Part shown: positions 1 to 10,097 of the stretch, one piece after another | Numbering within the stretch: position 1 is the stretch's first letter | Layout of the letters: each line of letters starts with the position of its first letter | Assembly: GCA_000004985.1 (NCBI GenBank) | Contig: GG738908.1 | Origin: Naegleria gruberi | Lineage: Eukaryota | Reading direction: 5' to 3' (one strand) | Length of the DNA: 64,000 nucleotides | Translations under genes and position numbers: made by a program | Notes under the pieces: generated by a model | Database searches by the model: none | What the model was told of the DNA's origin: nothing | What the model saw: only the letters and a program-made list of their open reading frames with translations

Positions 1-46
1 ATTCATCAACGGTATTGTTTAATATTTTGTAAATGAATTCCATCAT

Positions 47-1094
47 TTAAAAGAGAAAATAAAACAATATGGCAAATATCCAATAAATATTGACAACTGA
101 CATTCCAGTTGTGGATGCATCATTTCGTGCAGTAATATTCATGGTGGTAAATGTTGAGAATGCATATGGTTGATTAATGAACACAACTGAACAATTCTTG
201 CAATTAGCTCTATTACTATCCAACCAAGAAAGGAAAGTGACAGCATTATAAACGACAGCATGTACTTTCTTATCAAGGATTAATTTCCATTGAGTTTCTG
301 GAGTTCCAAAGGAAATGTACTGAGCTGCTGGTAAATTAGTTTTGACATCGATTTCATAAGTAGTTCCTGCGTATGTGGCAACAATGACATTTGACTGATT
401 GAGACTCTTGTAGGTCGATAATTCAAGTTGTGGATCAAGTTCTGTTCTAAGGAATGCTTTACTAGTTGTTCCCCAAGGACATTGAAAATGAACTGCTTTT
501 CTTCTGGCATCATTTTGTTCAACATTGACACTAATCACGTCACCTGCCAAAATTCAAGTTCAACAAAGATCCAAATTACTTACAAATTCCAGAATTGACA
601 GCATTCTTCATTGTGTCAAAGAATCCAAGAGCTGTGGTATTCACATATTTGACATAGGTCTGTAATTTACTTCCGTAATGATTGTTAATTTTCTTGACAA
701 GTGTGTTGGCAACTAAAAGTCTGGCATCTTGGAATGGATAACCCAGACCACCTAGATCGATGCACATGACTAGTCCAGTACGGTCAGTGAATGGATTTTT
801 GGTTGGCCAAGAAACTGGAGTATAGGTACACTGTCAGGTGTCAAATCGAATATTTAGTTTCAATATTTTGACATTTGTACTTACTTGTGGCACTTGGAAA
901 TACATCAGTTTGAAGAAGGCATCCATGAAGGTTGTATCTGTTATCATTTCTTGAGTGGCAGCGTCAATAGCATCAGAATAATCTTGAGTGACAGGTACAG
1001 CGTGTGTTTCGTATTCCTGCCCAATAGTTACTTGGCAGTTTAGCAATAAAACACTGCATAGAATAAGTAAAGATAGCAATATTGAATATTTCAT
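47..1094 (-). CDS. Secreted hypothetical protein, 3 exons: join(1094..885, 830..584, 543..47). N-terminal signal peptide and C-terminal hydrophobic tail, possibly a GPI-anchor signal.
   Basis: ATG at 1094 gives 'MKYSILLSLLILCSVLLLNC' (signal peptide). Minus-strand GTAAGT donors are at 884-879 and 583-578. Acceptors ...gacag and ...ggcag join the three ORF-track pieces (834-1094, 576-767, 47-550) in frame. The C-terminus ...TTGMSVVNIYWIFAILFYFLF is hydrophobic. No family recognised. Confidence 0.45.
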
Positions 1095-2340
1095 TGTTAT
1101 AATGTTGTTGTTTTTTATGATTTTTATTTCAATTGACAGCTTTTGAATTTTGACAGGCCAAGCTCTTAGTAGTGAATATTCTTAATGTTTCTTAAAAGAA
1201 CTAAATACCGCTCTGCATTTCGTTATAAGAGTTCCTTAACTGTCGTTGCTAAAGTAATCAATTACCAAATTTGTATAATTATAAATGTCAGCAATCATTG
1301 ATAAGAAAGTGAGCGGATCATTAAATTGTCTTTCTCGTTGTGATACGACCAGCTTGGTATGGTGTTGATATCTTTAAAAACGCAAGTACATTGTTATTTC
1401 GTCCACTTTCCAATAACATTATGCAAGTCAATGAACCAAACGAGTTGTAATTAATGCATTAAAGTGTTGATACTATGGCTATAAGGCAACATTTATATCA
1501 TGATTGCAAATGATGTGAAAAAATAAACATTGACATTTGTGAAAATTTCGGACGAAAGTGGTTTACTAGCACAAAATGTTCAATGAAACATTTATAAACC
1601 TTCAGTTCCAAAAATATTGAATCATTTTCAAATTGTAAAGAAATTTGAAATTTATTCTTGTAAAATTTGTGTCTGCCTTCTCGATTAGTTGTTTGAATGG
1701 TTTCTTCCTCCTTCTTTGATGTTTCTCGACAAGTTAAAATACATGTATTCATTTAATCTTTTGCCTTTCATATAAACTCTATATCAATTTGATTCGCATA
1801 TTCAATGCATCTATTGCTTCAATCATGTGAATTGGCGCCAAAATTGATGATGATGAAAACCTTAATCAAAAAAAAATACTCAAACAAGATCACACCATGC
1901 GATTTATTCTCTCTAGTTGTCAACAGCCGACGGAGAAGATGAATTTGTATTATTTAAAAAATTAGCAATAGTAGTAGTAGTGGATCTTGGACTGATGGTT
2001 TTGTGAAGAAAATAGTATCATGATTTCAATCCTAAGGGAAAAGAAGAACAGGAGAGACAATGGTCCGAAGTGTGCACCGATCCAAACATAACTTTCTTGT
2101 TCTCTCCTAAATTTCAAAAAACATTCCTCCTCGCTTGACAAAAGTCTTGGTTCTGCTTTTTCATTATATTTTAATGATTGCAATAATATTATTATTATTT
2201 AAACACCTGATTGCTTGGTGACCTTACGGAAAGGAATTTGGTGGGAATTCTAATAATCATTACTTTGGTTAAATAATGGTCATCATTTTCAATGTTGGCA
2301 TTGATAGAGCTGTCAAATTATTAAAGTCAAATCAAAAAAA

Positions 2341-5070
2341 ATGGCAGGAGATTTTCGGAAGGCGTTTTATGCTGCGGAAAAAGGCAAAATTGATGAATTT
2401 AATAATTATTTTAATGAACAAGACGTTAATAAATCACAGAGAGGTGTTACCATGTTATATATTGCTTGCCAAAATGGACATTTAGAAATTGTTAAATTAT
2501 TATTATCATGTAAAACAATTGATGTTAATTTGAGTGTAAGTATTTTAATATTTAATTTAATTTTATATTTATAATATTAGACTGTAAGTATTTCAATGTT
2601 TAATATTTTTTATATTTAAAATATACATTAGACTGTAAGTATTTGATATTTAATATTATTTTATATTTTTAATATTAGTATGTAAGTATTTTAATATTTA
2701 ATATTTTTTATATTTTTAATATTAGTATGTAAGTATTTAATATTTAATATTATTTTATATTTATAATATTAGACCGTAAGTAATTAATATTTAATTTGAT
2801 ATTATTTATGTTTATAATATTAGTTTGTAAGTATTTAATTTTATTTATATTAATAATATTAGATGGTAAGTATTTTAATATTTAATATTATTTTATTTTT
2901 AATATTAGACACCATTATACATTGCGTGCCACTATGGACATTTAGAAATTGTTAAAGAATTACTTCAACATCCAAATATTGAAATAGATAGCGAATTGTC
3001 AGTGAATGGAATTAATATTCAAACAATTAAAAGTGACATGGAAAAGGAACAACAAATATTACAAGAACAAATAGAACAAAAAAAGTTGAAACAACTAGAA
3101 ATGGAAAGATTAGAAAGAAAAAGAATTACAAAATTAGAAATGGAAAGAATTGAAAAAGAACGTTTATTAAAAATAGAAAGAGAAAGAAAAGAATTTGAGA
3201 AAAAGCAACCATTCATAATCACATCTGAAACACTTTCAAAATTATGTTCACTCAACCAACAAGTAGATAATAATAGAAGAAAAGTTGAAAAACAATTTGA
3301 ATCAATTCAATCATTTTCTTCTTCTATTCAAATTGAGAAAGAATTTCAAGATGAATATTTAAGAATTTGTGATAATTTAAATAATTGTTGTAATTTAATT
3401 GAAAAATTAACAAGTAATAATTATAATATTGAAAATAATGAACATTTGTCAACTATTAATAATTTAATGAATAATATTAGAACTATATTGGAATTTATTA
3501 ATAATCAAAAATATTTATTTAAATTACAATCTTATTCAGAAGTATTAAATGAAAAATTAGAATTATTTAATGAATTTAATTCTCAATTTATTAAACAAGA
3601 ATTATTTGACAATATTGAAATGAGTGAACAATCTATTAAGAATATAAAAAGTATTAATATTGTTCCAACTCATAATAAATTTGGAAATGAAACTAAAACA
3701 ATATTACAACAAGTTACAAAACAATTATCAAATATTGTAAACTCTATCAATAATTGTAATGAAATTGATTTGACACAATTTTCAAATAATTTACAAAAAG
3801 CAATGGAATTATCAGAACAAGAAGAATTATATTTAAATAATATATTGTCAAATTGTAAAATATTAATTTCAGACAATGATCAAATGAATATTTTACAATT
3901 ATATAATTATTATCAAAAACAAGAATTAAATTGTAAATTATTAATTCAAGAAACAATTCCATATATAATTGAAAAATATGAAATGTTACAAAATATTATA
4001 AATATTATGAATAATTATTCAAATTTATCTGAACAATTTAAAACTATTCAAAGACAAAAAACAAGAATTNAAGAAATTTAATTGTGANNNNNNNNNNNNN
4101 NNNNNNNNNNNNNNNNNNNNNNNNNNNNNNNNNNNNNCATGAAAATTTGAAAATTGAAATTTTAAATCTAGAAAAGGAAAAGAAACAATTTTCAAATTCA
4201 AAGTCAAAGAAAAGTGAAGAAATTTCAAAGAAATTACAAAATTTGAAACAAAAAGAAATTGAAATTGAGAAGATGGAAAAGGAAATTAAAGAATCAAAAT
4301 CCAAACAATTAACAATTTCACTTCCAAGTTATTGGAAAAGAAACACATTCCAAACTTATTCGAAAAGATATTACATTATTGATGTTACACAATATTTAAA
4401 AGATACAATGCAAGAAATTATGAATGTATCGTGTAATTCTGCAACACTTGGATCTGGAAGAGATCAATTATTAAGAATTAATTATTCTAAATTAATTGTT
4501 TCAAGTGTTTCAAGAATTGAAAATTCAACACTTTTCACTTCATTCAAATCAAGAATGAATCATTTAATTTCATATCAAGATTCAATTAATTCACTTCAAG
4601 TTCAAACTGAAAATATTTCAAAAACATCAAAAACATTTGAATGGATGAAAACAATTGGATTAAATTCTAATATGAATGAAAAATATTTATGGCATGGAAC
4701 AAAACCTGAATTTGTGAATACAATTGCAGAACATGGATTTGATGAAAGAGTTGCAAATTTAAATGGATTATTTGGAGCAGGTATTTATTTTGCAGAATAT
4801 TGTTCAAAGAGTGATCAATATTGTACACCTGATCATTCAAATGAATATACTCTTTTATTATGTAGAGTTGTAATGGGAAGACAAATTCATTTCACAAAAC
4901 AAGTGATGAATAATCAGAGAAGACCACCTGAAATTTCAGGAAGTAATAATAGAGTTTATGATAGTGTTATTGGTCAATCAAATACTTCAACTAATTCATA
5001 TAGAGAATTCATTGTCTATGATAAATGTCAATGTTATCCTGAATTTATTATTAAATACAAGAGACAATAA
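2341..5070 (+). CDS. Ankyrin-repeat / coiled-coil / PARP catalytic domain protein (tankyrase-like architecture). Exon 1 is 2341..2535, the intron is 2536..2908, and exon 2 is 2909..5070. Exon 2 is interrupted by the assembly gap 4088-4137 with an apparent frame change across the gap.
   Basis: aaaaaaaATG at 2341. Exon 1 encodes the ANK repeat 'TMLYIACQNGHLEIVKLLL'. Exon 2 opens with a second ANK repeat 'TPLYIACHYGHLEIVKELL' in the same frame as ORF 2996..4081, which is K/E-rich coiled coil ('LEMERLERKRITKLEMERIEKERLLKIERERKEFEKK'). After the gap, ORF 4084..5070 carries a PARP catalytic signature: 'YLWHGT' (His), 'GIYFAEY' (Tyr), 'YREFIVYD' (Glu), i.e. an H-Y-E triad. Confidence 0.6.
2536..2908 (+). 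repeat. Intronic tandem array of about 8 mini-intron-like units (~45-50 nt each, GTAAGT...TTAG) separated by 3-nt spacers.
   Basis: Direct reading shows units beginning gtaagtat at 2536, 2584, 2635, 2682, 2729, 2776, 2827 and 2866, each ending 'aatattag' or 'acattag'. The spacers are ACT, ACT, TAT, TAT, ACC, TTT, ATG. The last acceptor ...ttag|ACACCATTATAC gives in-frame 'TPLYIAC'. Confidence 0.8.
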
Positions 5071-5705
5071 GGAATCAATCAAAGAATTATTAATTTCACT
5101 TCACTCCCTGATGTGAGAGAATTACATCTCAACACAAAATAAATATCAACAAATTTATAAAGTTATGGATCGTGAATTTGGTGAAAAGAATTAAGGAAGG
5201 CTGCAATTAGTTCTCTGATGGAGTAAAACTCTCCGTATGGAAGTACAACGCTTTGTTGTAATTTGACTTTAAATTTCTACTAATTAATTGCATTGTAAAA
5301 CTAATCGATCTCAAATAAATCCTACAAATAGGATGAATCAGATTCGAATTGAGGGTGTTGAAGACGTTCCTGATTACAGTTTCAGTGAAATTTCAATCAA
5401 AACATTTCGTTGCTGATTAGGAAATGCTTTTCTTAGTCATTTCGAATATTTCTTTACTAATGGCCAATGAAAGAAACACAACAGAAGTAGGAGAAACAAA
5501 GTACTACCCAAGAGGTGGTATCTTTAAGCCATCAACGTAATATCCGACTTTACCCGCTCTTGATGGGATGAAAGTAAGAAAAAATGTCGAAACGAAATGA
5601 GACGAAACTCTCGCTCATTCAACACAACAAATCATCAGACGAAACTTATCAAGTTCATATAAAATCATCATCAACGGAGAAAGGAAACATTTCAAGATTT
5701 TTCTT

Positions 5706-7703
5706 TTGGATTCGGAAGAAATTAATTCGAATAAGAAAATTTGGATTTCGTTTATAATAGTTTCGATTATGTTCGGAGGATTAGTTTTATTATTAATGAA
5801 TGATTCATTCATTACGAACGGATCAGATTTTATTCGAAAGGATTCGTTTGAAATTTCTACATCCAATCACGAACTGAAATTAATAGAAATTTATTCCAAT
5901 ACCACTTCTTCTACTGAAATACGAAACGATTCATCAATTTGTCATCCAATTTTATTAGAAATGGGAGCCGAAAGTTCTTTAGGTCTTTGTGATGATCAAG
6001 TTTCGTCCAAAACCATCGCAGCAATCTTTCTCTTTGCCCACACCATCCTCGTTATTGTCACTCTCTCTGGCCTTCTCTACAAATTATGGAAATTACGAAA
6101 CGACATTTCGAATAGAGAAGCCAACTTTCTAACCATTACCAGAAATCCACTTTTAATGACATTAGGCTCCTTAATTGGATGGAGCTATAGTCTTGTAATG
6201 ATGGGAAGAGTACTCATTGGACGAAAGGTTTATCCATGTTTCTTATTCATGTTTGTTTTCTATATGGCAGTTCCTGGATTGGCAAGTACGATCATTATCA
6301 GATGTTTGAGATTGATAATTTTATCGAGGATGAATGAATTGAAAGTCAAGATTGGGAATAGAGAGATGAAGAGTGTGCCGAATCAAGTGAATGATAAATT
6401 GGAAAGGAAATATTCGAATGTTGTTGTGGATGGTGGAGTGGTGGTTGAAAGTGAATTGAAAGTTGTGAGCTCTGTAACGAGTACGAGTACTCAGCAAGAT
6501 GCAATTAATTCTTCTCTTGACAATGTGTCAGAAAGTGAGAGTGCTTGCACAATTTCAGCAATTCCACCAAGTATAGAGCCACAATCAATGAATATTACAT
6601 TGGAAGATTCTGTGAGTGTAAATCAACCTGGATATTCGAAATGGGAATCATTTGAAAGAAGATGGCTCATGAAAATGTACAAATTTCTAATTAGTTCCAA
6701 ATTCATAGCCATCTGGTATGCATCCATTGCAATTATACATATTGGAATTTACATTATCATTGGAGCATTTGATTATTTCAATTTCGAGAATGGTGTTAAC
6801 AATTTTTCCATTGAAGAACGACGATCCATGTCATTTGTGTACGATACTCGAATTTTCTCAGTTGGAGGATGTGGAATTAGTTTCAATTCAGTTTTAATTT
6901 TTGTCATTTATTTGGCAGTTTATGGAATTGTGGCCATTGTCATGTCCATTTATAGTTTTCTGGTCAAGAAGGATATTTGGAAAGTTAAAACAGAGCTCAT
7001 CCTCATTACACTCAATTGGTTAATCTTTTCAATTCTGTACGGAGTTTTTTCAATCATTGAAGTGTTGAGCATTCTCGTTGATTATTTCTTTCCAACAGTT
7101 GCTTTTATTTTACTGGCATGTGTCATTGACACGTTTGTTTCATGCACCATTCCAGTATTTTTCTATCAACGTTCCAAGAACTCTAAAGTAGCCAACACTC
7201 GACAAGTTTCCACCTCCAACATGCTTTCTAAAATACTATTTGATAAGAAATGGAATGAGGAATTCTTAATCTTTTCAGAGAAGAGTTATTGTCCAGAAAA
7301 TTTAATGTGTTGGAATTCTATTGAGATTTTTAGAGAATCTTCTGAGAAATTGAGAAGGAAACATATAATTAGTATTCTGGAAACTTATTTATTGGAAGGA
7401 TCTCCTTTGGAACTCAATGTTCAACGTCAAATATTTAATAATTTTGAAAATATCACGTCAATTGTCAGATCAATCAAAGCTCAAGAAGCAGAATTGAAAC
7501 GCTTAGCAGAGGAGAATAATAAGGTTGTGGGAACAGCTGTGGTAGCTCTGCAACGTAGAAAGTCAATGAAAATCATTCAAATTCCAACAAATTTATTCGA
7601 TTCCATTCAGAAACATTGTGAAATTAATATGGCTGATTGTTTTGATAGATTTTATGTGCAACATTGGCAGAAATTATGCATGGAATTGGATGTAGAGGAG
7701 TGA
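5706..7703 (+). CDS. 7TM-RGS protein: N-terminal Cys-containing ectodomain, 7 predicted TM helices, C-terminal RGS domain. Single exon. The first in-frame ATG is at 5769; the true start is uncertain.
   Basis: Seven hydrophobic helices (e.g. 'IAAIFLFAHTILVIVTLSGLL', 'CFLFMFVFYMAVPGLASTIIIRCL', 'FFPTVAFILLACVIDTFVSCTIPVFFY'). The RGS box is 'FSEKSYCPENLMCWNSIEIFRESSEKLRRKHIISILETYLLEGSPLELNV' (the S-x-EN-x-x-FW-core pattern of RGS domains). The architecture is like plant AtRGS1. Confidence 0.6.
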   Translation: MDSEEINSNKKIWISFIIVSIMFGGLVLLLMNDSFITNGSDFIRKDSFEISTSNHELKLIEIYSNTTSSTEIRNDSSICHPILLEMGAESSLGLCDDQVSSKTIAAIFLFAHTILVIVTLSGLLYKLWKLRNDISNREANFLTITRNPLLMTLGSLIGWSYSLVMMGRVLIGRKVYPCFLFMFVFYMAVPGLASTIIIRCLRLIILSRMNELKVKIGNREMKSVPNQVNDKLERKYSNVVVDGGVVVESELKVVSSVTSTSTQQDAINSSLDNVSESESACTISAIPPSIEPQSMNITLEDSVSVNQPGYSKWESFERRWLMKMYKFLISSKFIAIWYASIAIIHIGIYIIIGAFDYFNFENGVNNFSIEERRSMSFVYDTRIFSVGGCGISFNSVLIFVIYLAVYGIVAIVMSIYSFLVKKDIWKVKTELILITLNWLIFSILYGVFSIIEVLSILVDYFFPTVAFILLACVIDTFVSCTIPVFFYQRSKNSKVANTRQVSTSNMLSKILFDKKWNEEFLIFSEKSYCPENLMCWNSIEIFRESSEKLRRKHIISILETYLLEGSPLELNVQRQIFNNFENITSIVRSIKAQEAELKRLAEENNKVVGTAVVALQRRKSMKIIQIPTNLFDSIQKHCEINMADCFDRFYVQHWQKLCMELDVEE

Positions 7704-7870
7704 GGAGGAGAGGACTAGAGTTTGTTTTTATGAATTACCCCATTAAGATGACTTGTGGCCATAGCTGTCACTTGTCCATATTTGTAATTTATTAATATGC
7801 ACTTTGCGAAGACGAACGAAGAATAAGGTGGAAGATCTGATGCGCCAAGTCCGTCAAAATATTGAAAAAA

Positions 7871-9792
7871 ATGCCCAACTGCCATTCACTTGGCAGCTGC
7901 CACACGTCACTTGACATTCAAAAACCAAAAACAAGATTTTTCATCTCTCTATCTCTTCTCATCATGATGACGATGAATTTTCCAACAAACGCATCAATTT
8001 TGAATACAACCATCATCAACACTGAATTACGAAATGATTCGTCAGTTTGTCATCCAATTTTATTAGAAATGGGAGCCGAAAGTCAGTACGGATTATGTGA
8101 TGACCAAACACCTTCAAAAGCACTTGCTGGAATCTTTCTCGGATTGCACACAATTTTGGAAATAGTTTCGTTTATTGGACTTTCGTATAAATTATGGAAA
8201 GTAAAAAGGTCAACCAGCAATGAAGCCAATTTTCTGACCATTACCAGAAATCCACTTCTCATGATTTTGGGCTCATTGGTCGGATATATCTATAGCATTA
8301 TCATGATGGTTAGAATTTTAATTGGACGAAAGATTTTTCCATGTTTCTTATTCATGTTTTGTTTTTATATGGCAGTTCCAGGATTGGCAAGTACGATCAT
8401 TGTCAGATGTTTGAGAACTATTACATTATCGAGGATGAATGAATTGAAAATCAAGATTGGTAATCGAGAAATGAAAGATTTGAAAAATGTCGAGTTGAGT
8501 GTGATGAGTTCTGTACAGATTGATGCAGTTTCGTCTAGTACGGAAACTTCTGAGAGTAATGTTTCACAAACTAATGTTTCATTTTCGGTTGAAAGTAATG
8601 CTACTGGATCACATTCTGGAACTTTGGAAAGTGGAAATCAAATGGTCAACCAGCAAGTTACTTTGGAAGATTCTGTCAGTGTGAATCAACCAGGAATTAC
8701 CAAATGGGAGAATTTTGAAAAGAAGGTCTTGATGAAGGTTTACAAATTCCTGATCAGTACCAAATTTGTAGTATTGTGGTATTCAATGATTGCCATCGTT
8801 CACATTGGAATTTATATCATTATTGGCGCAGTTGACTATGTGAATTATGATAAGAATATTGCACTTTCGTATGCTGAAAAAAAGTCCTCGTCCTTTGTTT
8901 ACGATACCAGAATATTCACAACCAATGGATGTGGTATCAGTTTCAATAGTGTTCTCATTATTATTGCCTATTTGGTGTTTTATGGAAGTTTTGCAATTGT
9001 GATTATTGGATATAGTTTTTTAATTAAGAGAGATATTTGGAGAGTCAAGATTGAGTTGTATATTATTGTGATTTGTTGGATTTTATTGATTATTCTGTAT
9101 GCTGTCTTTTCAGTTATTGACATTTTGAGTACCTTGTAAGTAATATAGTAGTAGTAGTAGAATGATTAACATTTGACAGGGTTGATTATTATTTTCCAAC
9201 CTTTTTGTTTATTTTGATTGGCTGTATGATTGATACATTCATGAGCGTGACAGTTCCTGTCTTTTTCTATCAAAAGGCAACAATAGATAATAGATATTCT
9301 CAATCTTCTAGAACTAACATACTTGTCAAGTGTCTATTCAATAAGAAGTGGAATGATGAATTTTTACTCTTCTCTGAAAAGAGCTATTGTCCAGAAAATT
9401 TGATGTGTTGGAATGCCGTTGAGCAATTTAAGAGAGCTCCTGAAAAACTGAGAAGAAAACTCATTAAGGTCATTATGGAGACCTATCTTATCGAAGGTTC
9501 TCCACTCGAACTCAATATTCAACGAAATATGTTCAATAATTTTGAAGATATTTCAGCCATCACTGATTCTATTAAGAGACAAGAGAATGAAATGAAAAGA
9601 CTTGTCGCAGAGAATAATATCGTGGTTGGAACGATCAAAAAGAGAAGATCTATGAAAATGATTTCAATTCAACCAAATATTTTGGATAGAGTTCAGAAAC
9701 AATGTGAAGTGAACATGGTTGACTGTTTTGATAGATTTTATATTCAGTATTGGCAAGATATGTGTAAAGATTTGGAATCTGATGAGAATTAA
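7871..9792 (+). CDS. 7TM-RGS protein, tandem paralog of the upstream gene: join(7871..9135, 9180..9792), with one 44-nt phase-2 intron.
   Basis: Colinear similarity to 5706..7703 ('NDSSVCHPILLEMGAES..GLCDDQ', 'NFLTITRNPLLM', 'CFLFMF.FYMAVPGLASTII.RCL', RGS box 'FSEKSYCPENLMCWNAVEQF'). Donor tt|GTAAGT is at 9136 and acceptor ...tttgacag| at 9179. The join gives '...IDILSTL'+'VDYYFPTFLF', matching paralog 1 'LSILVDYFFPTVAF'. Confidence 0.65.
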
Positions 9793-10097
9793 TGTTGTGA
9801 TGAAATATGAAGAGGAAAATAGGATTTAAAATTTGGTGAAAATACGTTCGAAGTGATTGACAAGCTAACGAGCTCCAAATATTTATTTGAAATATAAGGT
9901 AATTGAATTACATCATTGGCTTGTGGTCTTTCTGTGGAATTCTTATTCAAAATGAGAGAACAATTTAATTAATTCTTTCGAATAGAGGTTAGGTTCTTCC
10001 ATTCTTTCAGTAAGCCATTGTTGAACGTGTTCTGGATCTTTGGTAAGATATTGTTCACTAGTAGAGACAAAAATAAATAAAAATATTTTTATACCTT

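Noticed and set aside
1498-2183. Small minus-strand ORFs 1498..1752 and 1962..2183
   Set aside because: They have no recognisable domain or start context and lie in an AT-rich intergenic region upstream of the ANK-PARP gene. They are probably spurious.
5706-5768. ORF-track N-terminus 'MDSEEINSNKKIWISFIIVSIM' as the definitive start of the first 7TM-RGS gene
   Set aside because: It begins at TTG. The first ATG is at 5769, but that would truncate a hydrophobic segment, so the true 5' end (possibly an upstream exon) is left open rather than asserted.
9136-9179. (TAG)5 microsatellite 'tagtagtagtagtag' as a standalone feature
   Set aside because: It lies inside a 44-nt spliceosomal intron of the second 7TM-RGS gene. 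It is too short to be a meaningful repeat locus.
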